Shown here: in pieces, positions 14,610-23,195 of the stretch
Layout of the letters: the number at the start of each line of letters is the position of its first letter
Numbering within the stretch: the stretch's first letter is position 1
From: Halococcus qingdaonensis
GTDB taxonomy: Archaea; Halobacteriota; Halobacteria; Halobacteriales; Halococcaceae
NCBI RefSeq assembly: GCF_024508235.1
Contig: NZ_CP101943.1
Coordinates: forward strand, 1,561,112-1,585,111
Direction: 5' to 3'
Length of the DNA: 24,000 nt
Position numbers and translations under genes: made by a program
The notes under the pieces: generated by a model
The model's input: the letters and a program-made list of their open reading frames with translations, nothing else
Databases searched by the model: none
Told to the model about the DNA's origin: nothing

Positions 14610-15722
14610 TTAGATCGCGCCCAGGCTGTCCTGTTTGCGCATCAGATAGAGGAAGTAGGGCCCGCCGACTAGCCCGGTGACGATGCCGACCGGGATCTGG
14701 ACCGGGCTCAACAGGAGCCGTGCGCCGACGTCGGCGGCGACCATCAGCGCCGGTCCGACGAACAGACAGCCGACGACGAGTTTCTTGTAGTCGCTCCCGA
14801 CGATGTTCCGGACCATATGCGGAACAATCAATCCCACGAACCCGACGATTCCCGCGGCAGCGATGCTCGCGGCCGCGGCGAGAACCGCCACACCCGAGAG
14901 CGCGAATCTGACTTTCTCGACGCTCATGCCGAGCGATCTCGCGGTGCTCTCACCGAGCAGGAGGACGTTCAGCTGTCGAGCACTGACCAGCGCCAGCACC
15001 ATCGCGACGACGGTCCACGGCAGCACCATCCGGACCTGTTCCCAGTCGGTGCCCGTGAGCGAGCCGGTCGTCCAGGCGATCGCGCTCTGAACTACCCCGA
15101 GATCGTCGGCGAAAAAGAACAGTCCCGTCTGCAGCGACTGGAAGACCGTGCTAACGATCACGCCCGCGAGAACGAGCCGGATCGGCGAAGTGCCGTTCTT
15201 CCACGCGATGAGATAGACGATCAGGAAGGCGACCGCACCGCCGACGGCCGCGATCAGCGGCAGGACAGCCGACAGCCCCGAGAACACGACGAGCGTGAGC
15301 AGGATCATCAACCCTGCACCCGACGAGACGCCGAGGATGAACGGGCTCGCCAGTTCGTTTCTGGTGACGGCCTGGAAGATCGCACCCGAGACGGCGAGGT
15401 TCATTCCGACGAACGCGCCCACGAGCACGCGCGGCAGGCGGATGTTCCAGACGATCAGGCTCTGCCGTCCCATCTCGGGGATCTCGCCGCCGAGGAAGAA
15501 CGCTTCGAGCGCCTGCGGGTTCAGCAGGACGTCGGGATCGAACACCGCTTGCCAGGCCTCCGTGATCGACATCGAGTACGCGCCGAAGCTCACCTGGAGC
15601 AGACCGGCCACGACGACGATGGCGACGCTCGCGACGACGAGCGCGAGCAGCGAGCCGTCGATCCAGCCGAGCCAGCGCTCGCGCGCGGAGCGAGTGGTTT
15701 CTGTGGTGGATTCGCTTGCCAC
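14610..15722 (-). CDS. FecCD-family ABC permease (iron-chelate / corrinoid uptake, BtuC-like)
   Basis: RLPRVLVGAFVGMNLAVSGAIFQAVTRNELASPFILGVSSGAG and the C-terminal PVGIVTGLVGGPYFLYLM are hallmark FecCD/BtuC motifs. Length is 370 aa with a GTG start. Corrinoid specificity is only inferred from the nearby cob genes. Confidence 0.85.
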   Translation of the reverse strand: MASESTTETTRSARERWLGWIDGSLLALVVASVAIVVVAGLLQVSFGAYSMSITEAWQAVFDPDVLLNPQALEAFFLGGEIPEMGRQSLIVWNIRLPRVLVGAFVGMNLAVSGAIFQAVTRNELASPFILGVSSGAGLMILLTLVVFSGLSAVLPLIAAVGGAVAFLIVYLIAWKNGTSPIRLVLAGVIVSTVFQSLQTGLFFFADDLGVVQSAIAWTTGSLTGTDWEQVRMVLPWTVVAMVLALVSARQLNVLLLGESTARSLGMSVEKVRFALSGVAVLAAAASIAAAGIVGFVGLIVPHMVRNIVGSDYKKLVVGCLFVGPALMVAADVGARLLLSPVQIPVGIVTGLVGGPYFLYLMRKQDSLGAI

Positions 15723-15730
15723 GATCAGCG

Positions 15731-15746
15731 CCCCGCCGTGGCGGGG
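15731..15746 (-). promoter_or_regulatory. GC hairpin (CCCCGCC-gt-GGCGGGG) ending 8 nt upstream of the permease GTG start
   Basis: This is a perfect 7-nt inverted repeat read from the sequence. Its position would occlude the translation initiation region if it formed in the mRNA. Confidence 0.3.
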
Positions 15747-15923
15747 ATATGCTCGGCAGCGGTTCTTGGATCACGATCGACGAGTTCGTTTTCGGCGGGG
15801 AGAGATGGATGTAGCCATCGTGTCGCACCCGGGTCGGAATCGACTCCTACTGTGGCTCTCTCGCCGACCTGCGCCGGCTCTCCGTGTGTCTCCGGTTCGC
15901 GTTGCATGTGAATTAGGCCAGCC

Positions 15924-15936
15924 TAAAATCATATAT
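15924..15936 (-). promoter_or_regulatory. AT-rich TATA-like stretch (gATATATGATTTTAgg on the minus strand), about 200 nt upstream of the permease start
   Basis: This is the only strongly AT-rich element in the 267-bp spacer. It would give a leader of roughly 180 nt. Confidence 0.35.
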
Positions 15937-15989
15937 CGGTTTCGTTCCTCGATTGATCCGGGAGCCACCAGTGGACAGGGAAGAAGCGA

Positions 15990-16574
15990 TCAGGTCTCGT
16001 CGGGACTATCTAGGACGTTCTTCAGCGGCGGTGCCTCGTAGTCGGCGAACCGATCGAGCAGTTCGTCGGGCTCGTCCTCGATCAGGACGATCGAGCGGTG
16101 ATCGGCGCTCACGAACCCCTCCTCGCGCTGGTGGTCGAAGAACGTCGCCAGCTCCGCATAGTAGTCCGCGACGTCGAGGAGCCCGCAGGGGTTCGCGTGG
16201 AGACCGAGCTGCGTCCAGGTGAGCACTTCCATGAACTCCTCGAGCGTGCCGTAGCCGCCGGGGAGAGCGACGAACCCGTCGGCCAGATCGACCATCCGCC
16301 GTTTGCGATCGTGCATCGAACCGACGACGTCGAGCTCGGTGAGCCCCTCGTGGGCGATCTCGCGCTCGCGGAGGCCGTCGGGGATGACGCCGTGGGCCTC
16401 GCCGCCCGCTTCGAGCGTCGCGTCGGCGACCGTCCCCATCAGTCCGACGTCACCCCCGCCGTAGACGAGCCCGAGATCGCGCTCGGCAAGCGTCCGCCCG
16501 AGGCTCACGGCCGCCTCTTGGTAGGCCGATCGCGCGCCGCTACTCGACCCGCAGTAGACACAGATCCGATCCAT
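15990..16574 (-). CDS. LOG-family protein (TIGR00730-type nucleotide phosphoribohydrolase, formerly called 'lysine decarboxylase-like')
   Basis: Motifs are [20 protein letters not shown] and the PGGYGTLEE signature. I prefer the ATG at 16574, which has GGAGG 6 nt upstream. The 30 extra codons in the track ORF are not supported. Confidence 0.85.
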   Translation of the reverse strand: MDRICVYCGSSSGARSAYQEAAVSLGRTLAERDLGLVYGGGDVGLMGTVADATLEAGGEAHGVIPDGLREREIAHEGLTELDVVGSMHDRKRRMVDLADGFVALPGGYGTLEEFMEVLTWTQLGLHANPCGLLDVADYYAELATFFDHQREEGFVSADHRSIVLIEDEPDELLDRFADYEAPPLKNVLDSPDET

Positions 16575-16685
16575 ATTTCGCCTCCTCGCCGCACGGCGAA
16601 GTAGCGTGTGATCCGGGTCGCCATCTCCTTCCTGTGCACGCAGACACGCTTCGCACACCCACACTCGGTAACTGTTTTGCGTGCG

Positions 16686-16697
16686 CAGTACGTACTG
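16686..16697. promoter_or_regulatory. Perfect 12-bp palindrome CAGTACGTACTG, 6 nt upstream of the M48 peptidase ATG. Candidate operator.
   Basis: Read directly from the sequence. It lies between an AT-rich box (gtaactgtttt, 16668-16678) and the start codon. Confidence 0.35.
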
Positions 16698-16703
16698 AGA
16701 GGC

Positions 16704-17672
16704 ATGTCAGTGTCGTCCCGTCGCCCGCGCGGGGTCGCTGTGCTGGCGGGGGTGTGGCTGCTCGCCCTCGCCGGCATCGGTGTCCTCGTCGGCTCGGAGC
16801 TGTTCGGTGCGCTGCTCGCGGACGGTGCGCTCCCCTCGATGCTGGTCGTCGCCGTCGGGCTCGCGCTCCTCTTCGGCTATCTCGGCTATCGGACGAACTC
16901 GAAACGCCTGCTCTCGCGCCTCGACGTGGCCCCGCTTACGCAGGCACGTGCGCCGCAGGTCCACGCGAGCGTCGATCGCCTGGCCCGGCGCATGGAGATC
17001 GACCGCCCGGAGATCTATCTCGGACGGCTCGGCCAGCCGAACGCGTTCGCGCTCGGTAGCGACACGCTCGTCGTCGATCAGTCGCTCGTGCGGCTCCTGA
17101 CGCCGGCCGAACTCGAAGGCGTGCTCGCCCACGAGTTCGCGCATCTCGAAGGCTACGACAGCCTGCTGCGGACGCTGGCGACGAGTCTGCTACGGACGGT
17201 GACGTCGCTCCTCCTCGTGGTGCTCGTCCCGCTCATGGTCGTGATATCGCTGATCGGCTGGGGGCTCTCGCTGATCGTCGGCCGGCCGGTGCGGGGCCCC
17301 GACAGCGTGGGTAGCGGGCTGCGGAGCGGCATGCAACGACTGGTGAAGAGCCTGCTCGCCGCGCCGACGCTCGCCCTCCAGGCGTACGCGCGCCGTCGCG
17401 AGTACGCGGCCGACCGGCGGGCGGTGGCGGTGCTCGACGACCCGCTCGCGCTCGCGCGAGCGCTGCAGAAGATCCAGCGGGCGAACGAACCCGACCGGGG
17501 ACTGCTCGGCTGGCTGCTGCCGTCGCGCGATCGGGAGACCGAACGCTCGCCGACCGAACGGGCGCTCGCGAGCCACCCGCCGACCGACGAACGCGTCGAG
17601 CGCGTTCACGAGGCCGCGAACGCCGCCGGGAGCGACGGCTCGACCCAGTGGCATCGCGTGGATATCGACTGA
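16704..17672 (+). CDS. M48-family zinc metallopeptidase (HtpX-like), membrane-bound
   Basis: Contains the HEFAH (HExxH) zinc motif, a downstream REYAADRRA, the C-terminal SHPPTDERV motif, and four hydrophobic segments. The ATG at 16704 gives the N-terminus [20 protein letters not shown]. Confidence 0.85.
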   Translation: MSVSSRRPRGVAVLAGVWLLALAGIGVLVGSELFGALLADGALPSMLVVAVGLALLFGYLGYRTNSKRLLSRLDVAPLTQARAPQVHASVDRLARRMEIDRPEIYLGRLGQPNAFALGSDTLVVDQSLVRLLTPAELEGVLAHEFAHLEGYDSLLRTLATSLLRTVTSLLLVVLVPLMVVISLIGWGLSLIVGRPVRGPDSVGSGLRSGMQRLVKSLLAAPTLALQAYARRREYAADRRAVAVLDDPLALARALQKIQRANEPDRGLLGWLLPSRDRETERSPTERALASHPPTDERVERVHEAANAAGSDGSTQWHRVDID

Positions 17673-17713
17673 TCGCCAGCGGAATGGAAATCGAGCTAAG
17701 AGGGTGTTCGCTG

Positions 17714-18415
17714 TCAGTATTCGGTGCCCTTCCTGGCGCGATGGCCCGCGTCGAACGGATGTTTCTCCTTGCGGACGTTCGTGACGAGATCGGCACGATC
17801 GGCGACGTAGGCCGGTTCCTCGTGACCACCCGTGAGGACGAGTTCGAGCGCGTCGGGCTTCGATTCGACGAGCGAGGCGACTTCCGCGGGTTCGATGAGC
17901 CCTTGATTCGCTGCGTACAGGATCTCGTCCAGGACGAGCATGTGAACGCCGTCCTCCGCCGGCCCATCGAGCGCGAGCGGTGACGACAGATCGGCGTCGT
18001 CAGCCCCGGCGAGCAGTTCGCGGGCGCGTTCGAGCGCACCGCGTGCTCGCGCGGCGTGTTCGTCGTCGGCCGATCCGTCCAGGAAGCCGTGCCAGCCGTA
18101 GTGGCCCGAATTCTCGTAGCTGAACCCCTCGATCGCGGCGATGGCGTTGTACTCGCCGCGCGTCGCCTCGACGCTCGCGGCCCCGCCCTTCATGAACTGG
18201 AGCATGTGGACCCGGTAGCCGTGACCGGCCGCCCGGAACCCCATCCCCAGCGCCGCCGTCGTCTTCCCCTTCCCGTCGCCCCACCAGACCTGGACCAGTC
18301 CGAACTCGTCGGGCGCTGCCGGCTCGATGGGTTCGGCGGCCGGTGACACCCCACGCCCCGGCGTCCGTCTGTGCTGTGCCTCGCGATCGCCATCGCCGAT
18401 TTCGCCATCGCTCAT
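17714..18415 (-). CDS. cobA: Cob(I)yrinic acid a,c-diamide / cob(I)alamin adenosyltransferase (CobA/CobO/BtuR type)
   Basis: GLVQVWWGDGKGKTTAALGMGFRAAGHGYRVHMLQFMKGG matches the CobA P-loop region. Also has LVLDEILYA and ELVLTGG motifs. Confidence 0.85.
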   Translation of the reverse strand: MSDGEIGDGDREAQHRRTPGRGVSPAAEPIEPAAPDEFGLVQVWWGDGKGKTTAALGMGFRAAGHGYRVHMLQFMKGGAASVEATRGEYNAIAAIEGFSYENSGHYGWHGFLDGSADDEHAARARGALERARELLAGADDADLSSPLALDGPAEDGVHMLVLDEILYAANQGLIEPAEVASLVESKPDALELVLTGGHEEPAYVADRADLVTNVRKEKHPFDAGHRARKGTEY

Positions 18416-18462
18416 GGCTCTCGTGTGCGGGCCGCCTCCCTAACGGTTCTGCTCGTCTCGGT

Positions 18463-19185
18463 TCAGAGCTCGAAGACGTCCGCACGGCGATCGGTCACGA
18501 CGCCGTGATCGGCATCGGCGACCGATCCTGGAACCTCTCGATCGGCGTATCGCGAGCGAAAACTCGCCCGGATCGCGTCGCGAACACACGCCCGCGCGGC
18601 GGCACCGACCGCGGTCGCGCTGCCCGCGAACGACGCCGGCTCGCCCGCAGTGTCGCTGCCGACGATCACTGCATCGCTCGTCGTTCCCGAAAACCCAGTT
18701 GTCGGCAGCAGCGTCGCCGTCTTCGCCTCGACGACGGTGCCGAGGAGGCTCGCGAGCGTCGCCCGCTCCAGATTACGGGTCGTGGCGACGACGAGGTTCA
18801 CCGTGCCGACGGGCGGTGATTCGTCGGTCAGTCCATCGACCGATTCGTTGTTTGGCTCGTCGATTACCTCGATCGGTGTCGTCGGCAGCGCCGCGGGGTT
18901 CGACAGCCCGACGGTCGCGTACGCCACGACGGAATCGAGCCGCGCACCCCGGAGGTGTTGCAGTTCGACGCCGGTCAGCAACGCCGGACCGGCTATGTCG
19001 AACCCGGCTCGTTCCCGGCGCTCTTCGACGTAATCATCGACATCCGTCCGCTCCCAGCCCTCGGGCACGCTGACGTTGTAGGCGGCATCGGCCCGTGAAA
19101 ACCCGCCGTTCCAGCCCGTCGAGAGCCAGCGTGCGTCCGGCATGCGGAGGCCGAACACGCCGTCGGCCGTCGTCGCCTCAAACAC
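18463..19185 (-). CDS. cbiZ: Adenosylcobinamide amidohydrolase
   Basis: Motifs are LSTGWNGGF, GVELQHL, YATVGLSNP and GTVNLVVAT...ATLASLLGTVVEAKTA. I prefer the GTG at 19185, which overlaps the cobD stop by 8 nt and gives about 240 aa. The upstream 51 codons of the track ORF lie inside cobD. Confidence 0.75.
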   Translation of the reverse strand: MFEATTADGVFGLRMPDARWLSTGWNGGFSRADAAYNVSVPEGWERTDVDDYVEERRERAGFDIAGPALLTGVELQHLRGARLDSVVAYATVGLSNPAALPTTPIEVIDEPNNESVDGLTDESPPVGTVNLVVATTRNLERATLASLLGTVVEAKTATLLPTTGFSGTTSDAVIVGSDTAGEPASFAGSATAVGAAARACVRDAIRASFRSRYADREVPGSVADADHGVVTDRRADVFEL

Positions 19186-20230
19186 CGAGCGCCTCCAGCA
19201 AACGATCGTTTTCCTCGGGGAGTCGCACGGCGACGCGGACGTGCGAGTCGAGCCCGCGGAAGGTGGTGGCGTCGCGGATCGCGAGCCCGTGCTCGCGCGC
19301 TCGATCCAGCAGCCCGTCGACCGAGCGATCGCCGACATCGAGCAGGACGAACGGTGCGTCGGAGGGGTGGACGTCGAATTTCGATCCGAATGCCTTCGTC
19401 ATCCGCTCGCGCTCGGCACGCACTCGCTCGCGGGTATCGGCGACGAACTCGTCCCGAGCCATGCAGAACGAACCGGTCGCGAGCGCCGGCACACCCATGT
19501 TCCAGGTTCGCCGGGCGTTCCGTAGCGCCGCGCCGAACGTACCCGTCGCGACCGCGAAACCGGCGCGGAGGCCGGGCAATCCGAACAGTTTGGTGAGCGA
19601 GCGCGCGACGACGACCCCCTCGCGGCCCGCGAGCGACGGTCGGTCGGTGAAGCCGAGGAACGCCTCGTCAACGAGCAGCGTCGTCCCGGCGGCCCGGCAG
19701 CGCTCGGCGAACGCGTCGAGTCGGTCGGGATCGTAGGCGTTGCCGGTCGGGTTGTTCGGGTTGCAGACGACGGCCAGCGCGTGATCGGTCGGATCGGCGT
19801 CGAGCAGTTCCGCTTGCGGGACGCACTCCGGCTCGCCGCCGTGTAGACGCATCTCGCGCCCGTACTCGGCGAAACTGGGATACGGAACGAGCGCCGACTC
19901 GCCCGGCTCGATCGCGAGCGAGATTGTCGCTCGAATCGCGGCGAGCCCGCCCGGCGTCGGGATCACCTGCGCCGGCTCGCAACCGACGTAGGCGGCCGCC
20001 GTCGCGCGATACTCCCCGGGCGGTTCGGCCGGATACGAGCGCGCATCGGCGAACGCCTCGCGATAGATCGCCTCGATCCCGTCCGGGACACGAGGGTTGG
20101 TGTTCGCGCTGAAATCGACGATGGCGGGATCGTCGCTGCTGCCGTGTGGCTCCCGGCCGACCTCCCGCACCGTCTCAGGCTGCACGTCGTTCCTCCCGAC
20201 TGCGGCCGCGACGATTGCCACCGTTATCAT
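19178..20230 (-). CDS. cobD: L-threonine-O-3-phosphate decarboxylase (class I/II aminotransferase fold)
   Basis: Motifs are HGSSDDPAIVDFSANTNP, VVCNPNNPTG and SLTKLFGLPGLRAGF (PLP-Lys motif), in cob-cluster context. The start could also be the internal GTG (VQPETV). Confidence 0.8.
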   Translation of the reverse strand: MITVAIVAAAVGRNDVQPETVREVGREPHGSSDDPAIVDFSANTNPRVPDGIEAIYREAFADARSYPAEPPGEYRATAAAYVGCEPAQVIPTPGGLAAIRATISLAIEPGESALVPYPSFAEYGREMRLHGGEPECVPQAELLDADPTDHALAVVCNPNNPTGNAYDPDRLDAFAERCRAAGTTLLVDEAFLGFTDRPSLAGREGVVVARSLTKLFGLPGLRAGFAVATGTFGAALRNARRTWNMGVPALATGSFCMARDEFVADTRERVRAERERMTKAFGSKFDVHPSDAPFVLLDVGDRSVDGLLDRAREHGLAIRDATTFRGLDSHVRVAVRLPEENDRLLEALGV

Positions 20231-20302
20231 CCGATTTGCTCTCGATGATCGCGGTTCGCTCGGCGGTTCGTCGATCGTTCGGCATCGTGGCTGTCGTGTT
20301 CA

Positions 20303-20854
20303 TTACAGTAGTGTCTCCGCGACCGCGGCATCGCTCGGGTGGTTCACGTTGACCGCGAACCGCTCGTCGTCGATCACAGTCGTCCGATTTCCTTCGACCT
20401 CTCCGACGATATTGACTCCGGACGGTGCGACCGTTTCGCCGTCGACGTCCATCGTCGTTTCGACACTGACACCCAGTCGTCGTTTGCACGCAGCGGGGAC
20501 GGCGACCGTGAGCGAGCCGGTATCGTGGCGATCGAGCACACGATCGACGGCGCTGCCGTCGAGCAGTGGGAGATCGGTCGCGACGGTGAGCACCGGTGAA
20601 TCGCTCCGTTCGAGCGCGTACTGGAGATCGGCGACGTAGCCCTCGCCGGGGGCCTCGATGGCGTCTTGATCGAGATACTCCCGCGTACGTGGTGCGTGCG
20701 GCGAGGCCACGTACCGAATCGACTCGATGCGGCTGTCGGCGAGCGCCCCGCGCACGCGATCGAGCATCGACCGACCACCGATCCGAAAGAGCGGCTTCTC
20801 GACGTCGCTGTCGAGTCGCGTGCCGCGACCGCCACACATCACCAGTGCGTCCAC
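20303..20854 (-). CDS. cobY: Adenosylcobinamide-phosphate guanylyltransferase, archaeal type
   Basis: The (V)DALVMCGGRGTRL nucleotidyltransferase G-loop is at the N-terminus, the protein is about 180 aa, and it sits between cobS and cobD. The start is either GTG 20854 or ATG 20839; the ATG shares one base with the cobS TGA. The Arg-rich N-terminal 260 aa of track ORF 20303..21631 is a shadow frame of cobS. Confidence 0.75.
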   Translation of the reverse strand: MDALVMCGGRGTRLDSDVEKPLFRIGGRSMLDRVRGALADSRIESIRYVASPHAPRTREYLDQDAIEAPGEGYVADLQYALERSDSPVLTVATDLPLLDGSAVDRVLDRHDTGSLTVAVPAACKRRLGVSVETTMDVDGETVAPSGVNIVGEVEGNRTTVIDDERFAVNVNHPSDAAVAETLL

Positions 20855-21585
20855 GCGACCACCCCCACGTGCAGTGCGACGATGCGAACGATCTCGTTCG
20901 TCGCGCCGAGGACGTCGCCGTTCACCCCGCCGAGAGCCGTCCGTGCCAGGCAAAGGGAGCCGAGCGCGACGAGCGCGGCCGCGAGAAGCATCGTGCCGGC
21001 GATCTCGATCCGCGGCCACGTCAGGATCGCTGCCGGAACGGCGCTCGCGACGACGAGCGGTGCCGAGCGCGGCCCGGAGCGCCCGGTGAGCGCTGCGCCG
21101 AGACCGTCGTGGGGTGCCGCGCCGAAACAGACGAGCAGCGCCATCCCGAACTTCGCCCCGACCTCGGCAATGACGACGAGCAGCACGGCCCGCAGCGGGA
21201 GCGTCGCGAGCGCGAGTCCGGCCGTGAGAAGTCCGGCGATCACGACCGCGACCGCGAGCGCACCGCCAGCGCCGACGTCGGTGTCCTTCAGCACCGCGCG
21301 GCGCTCGTCCGGTCCGCCGTGCACGACGAGCGCGTCGCCGAGATCGATGACGCCATCCATGTGGTTGATCCCCGTGAGAAGATAGACGGTGACGACGAAG
21401 GCGAACGCGATCGTCGGCGCTGGTCCCGGGAGTGCGATCGGGAGCGCGAGGAGCGCGCCGACGACGTAGCCCGCGAGCGGCATGCTCGCTGGCGTGGCGC
21501 GGAACGCCTCCCAGGAATCGCCGTCGTGGCCGACGGGGAGCCGCGAGAGGAATCCGAGCGCACCCCGGAGCGCCCTCAGAACCAT
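20839..21585 (-). CDS. cobS: Adenosylcobinamide-GDP ribazoletransferase (cobalamin synthase)
   Basis: A 248-aa polytopic membrane protein. The N-terminus LRALRGALGFLSRLPVG and the INHMDGVIDLGDAL motif are typical of CobS/CobV. Confidence 0.85.
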   Translation of the reverse strand: MVLRALRGALGFLSRLPVGHDGDSWEAFRATPASMPLAGYVVGALLALPIALPGPAPTIAFAFVVTVYLLTGINHMDGVIDLGDALVVHGGPDERRAVLKDTDVGAGGALAVAVVIAGLLTAGLALATLPLRAVLLVVIAEVGAKFGMALLVCFGAAPHDGLGAALTGRSGPRSAPLVVASAVPAAILTWPRIEIAGTMLLAAALVALGSLCLARTALGGVNGDVLGATNEIVRIVALHVGVVAWTHW

Positions 21586-22478
21586 GCAGCCACCCCCGTG
21601 AGCAGCACCGCCACCGCTCCCGCAACGGCAATCACTCGCAGTCCGCGGCGCGCGTCCGCCGTCGTCGGGAGCCCAGCATTCGGGTTCAACACGTAGGCGT
21701 CGGGCTTGCGGAGTTCGACGTCGAGCACCGCGGCCATCGCCGCCATCGGCCAGCCGGAGTTCGGCGAGGACGGCTCACCGTGCCATCGGCGCGCGCGGGC
21801 GAGCGCGGTCGGCGAACCGCCGGCGAGCGCGACGAGCACGGCACTCAGTCGGGCCGGGAGCCACATGACGGCGTCGTCGAGACGGGCGCTCGCCCAGCCG
21901 ACCGGCTTCGAGCGGTAGCCGAGCATCGAATCGAGCGTGTTGACCGCCTTCACCCAGATCGCGGCGGCAACAGCCACCGGGAGCGAGAGCTGCACCCCGA
22001 GCGCGAAGGCGAGGAGCGGTGCGAGAAGGCCGTCGGCGAGGTTCTCGGCGATGCTCTCGACGACCCCACTGCGGAGTTCGCCCGCCGAGAGCTCCGTCGT
22101 GTCGCGGCCGACGAGCCCCCGGATCGCCGTCCGGGCTCCTTCGGGATCGCTCTCGATCGTTCCGACGACGTCGGCGGCGACCGAGAGCAGCATCCGGAGG
22201 CTCGTCGTCGCGAACAGCGCGAGCGCCGCGATCAGTCCACCGACGAGTGGATGGACGGAGTCAGAGAGCGCCGTGAGCCCGCCGCCGATCGCGGCCGCCC
22301 CGAGCGGTAGAACGAGGGCGACGACCGCGCCGACCGCCCGCGGATGGGACCACGACCGATCGAACCGGCCGACGAGCCGTCCGAACAACGCAACCGGATG
22401 GATTCGCCGCGGAAACTCCTCGAAAACGAGGTCGAGCGCGACTGCGGTTCCGAGCGCCGCCACCGCTACCGTCCCCAT
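21576..22478 (-). CDS. cbiB: Adenosylcobinamide-phosphate synthase (CbiB/CobD membrane family)
   Basis: Motifs are LDLVFEEFPRRIHPVALFG, MLGYR and SPNSGWPMAAMAAVLDVEL. I prefer the ATG at 22478, which has GGAGG 3 nt upstream; the track starts at TTG 22493. It overlaps cobS by 10 nt. Confidence 0.85.
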   Translation of the reverse strand: MGTVAVAALGTAVALDLVFEEFPRRIHPVALFGRLVGRFDRSWSHPRAVGAVVALVLPLGAAAIGGGLTALSDSVHPLVGGLIAALALFATTSLRMLLSVAADVVGTIESDPEGARTAIRGLVGRDTTELSAGELRSGVVESIAENLADGLLAPLLAFALGVQLSLPVAVAAAIWVKAVNTLDSMLGYRSKPVGWASARLDDAVMWLPARLSAVLVALAGGSPTALARARRWHGEPSSPNSGWPMAAMAAVLDVELRKPDAYVLNPNAGLPTTADARRGLRVIAVAGAVAVLLTGVAAWF

Positions 22479-22702
22479 CGTCCTCCCGACCAACCCGGTC
22501 GATCGGCGTGTGACGGTCGAACGCGTGGGTCCGGGGCGACGTCTGACATCGTCGTCTGGTCGAACGGTGGCAGTGCGCCGGGTAAATATGTGTCTGCTGG
22601 GGTCGCACAGTTGCGTTCGACTGTCAGACGATCGGTGGGCATCGCGTGGCAGCAGGACACCACCGGCTCGGTTGTCGCGGTCGAGGATGGCTGTCCCGCC
22701 GT

Positions 22703-23194
22703 TCAGCCCTCCGAGACGGCGGCGTCCTCGCTGTCAGTATCGGTGCCGGCGTCGAACCGACGGCCGATGACGAAACCGATGGCCGACAGCACCAGCGCGA
22801 GGACGACGAACACGCCGAGGAAGACGAGATCGGCGAGCGAGAGGACGAACGGCCACGGGGTGACGCCGTAGCCGTCGGCGGCGAGCACGAACGCGAGATC
22901 GAGGACGATCGGCGTCAGCGCGACGAGGACGGCAAGGCCGTAGAACCCACTCGCGAGCATCGCTGCCGGCGTCCGCCGGGAGTAAAAGAACACACCAGTC
23001 AGTACCGCGACGGCGAGCAGAGCGGGCCAGCGAAGCCCGAAATCCGCCAGCAACCACGCGGCGTACACGCCACAGAGCAGCGCGAGAACGACGGCAAGAG
23101 CGGTGGTGCGGGCCGAATGACGCTGGCCGCCGACGAGACGACGAACCGCTCGTGAGCGCCCGCCAGCGTCGTCGGTTCGGCTATCGCTCGCCAT
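22703..23194 (-). CDS. Hypothetical four-TM membrane protein with a basic N-tail and an acidic C-tail
   Basis: Gene-like codon bias. The ATG lies 1 nt after the stop of the upstream beta-helix gene. It has four hydrophobic segments. I recognise no family. Confidence 0.6.
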   Translation of the reverse strand: MASDSRTDDAGGRSRAVRRLVGGQRHSARTTALAVVLALLCGVYAAWLLADFGLRWPALLAVAVLTGVFFYSRRTPAAMLASGFYGLAVLVALTPIVLDLAFVLAADGYGVTPWPFVLSLADLVFLGVFVVLALVLSAIGFVIGRRFDAGTDTDSEDAAVSEG

Positions 23195-23195
23195 C

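Noticed and set aside
15725-15907. A 60-codon minus-strand ORF filling the leader of the FecCD permease. It starts about 25 nt after a TATA-like box and ends 2 nt before the permease GTG.
   Set aside because: By manual count, 25 of 60 codons end in A/T, whereas confident genes here have mostly G/C at third positions. The ORF has no hydrophobic or recognisable motif. I treat it as a non-coding leader, though a leaderless upstream ORF cannot be fully excluded.
15888-15983. Fragments reminiscent of cobalamin-riboswitch elements: CCGGAGAC on the minus strand at 15888-15895 (partial B12-box-like), and GCCACCAGTGG...GGGAAG on the plus strand at 15964-15983
   Set aside because: Only about half of the B12-box consensus matches. 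The GCCAC/GGGAA pieces are on the wrong strand and in the wrong order for the permease mRNA. Cobalamin riboswitches are not established in archaea. A covariance-model scan is needed before any claim.
20855-21631. The N-terminal ~260 aa of the 442-aa track ORF 20303..21631
   Set aside because: This part is an Arg-rich shadow frame running through cobS. Only the C-terminal ~180 aa, starting at the (V)DALVMCGGRGTRL G-loop, looks like a real protein (CobY).
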